This document shows positions 63,602-64,000 of a stretch of DNA of 64,000 nucleotides, piece by piece. Both the position numbers and the translations under genes were made by a program. The stretch's first letter is position 1, and every line of letters begins with the position of its first letter. Below the pieces are notes generated by a model, which saw only the letters and a list, made by a program, of their open reading frames with translations, was not told where the DNA came from and ran no database searches. The stretch comes from Phallusia mammillata (taxonomy: Eukaryota): positions 19,406,001 through 19,470,000 of the forward strand of contig OZ281499.1 of the NCBI GenBank assembly GCA_965637545.1, given 5' to 3'.

Positions 63602-64000
63602 GTAAGTTTTACACAAATGTTACAAGTTTAGTTTGCTTGATGTTGCTTTTTAGGAAATTACAAAAGGATTTGTTACTTTTGTCCTGTTTATGTTTGTAAG
63701 CCAAGTCATTTTATCAGCAGTGTGTAAGATTTCCAAGTTATCTATTCATGGTACATCGAAAACAAATAGTCATACTTCCTGTTTCGTTAACATGAAACTT
63801 GTTTATGTTAAGGATATTTGTCAGTATGGTCACATTTCCTTATAATTGACCTTGCATCAGTATAACTTTGCAGGATGTTTTTAGTTTAACTCAGCTTTAT
63901 TGACAATTACACTACATTGTAGATAAAGAATTCTTTTGAGTGGCTTATTGTGATCACAATGATTTATTTTTTATGGTAAACTACGTCAATTTGTTTTATT

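Overview
AT-rich, intron-containing animal DNA with short exons and many MITEs. An invertebrate chordate such as a tunicate is plausible, but that is inference only. (1) 1-7338: a nested transposon stack. A Kolobok-like DNA element carries a decayed 3-exon P2X7-ballast/nanor-like gene and is itself interrupted by a hAT MITE, a pogo-type MITE remnant and a full-length but disabled L1/Tx1 retrotransposon with a 16-bp TSD. (2) 15177-17780 (+): an uninterrupted 867-aa STAND NTPase ORF (NB-ARC-like plus C-terminal TPR-like repeats), i.e. an NLR-like architecture. (3) 27145-36579 (-): a 21-exon ionotropic glutamate receptor family gene of about 991 aa, reconstructed by hand. It has lost the canonical glutamate-binding residues and has unusual pore and gate residues. 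(4) 41427 onward (+): the 5' part of RAPGEF2/6 (PDZ-GEF), whose ~19.7-kb intron contains several candidate phase-2 alternative first exons. The rest is MITEs, tRNA-derived SINE heads, Gypsy and CR1-like remnants and small duplications. All calls come from manual reading and translation; no database searches were run.
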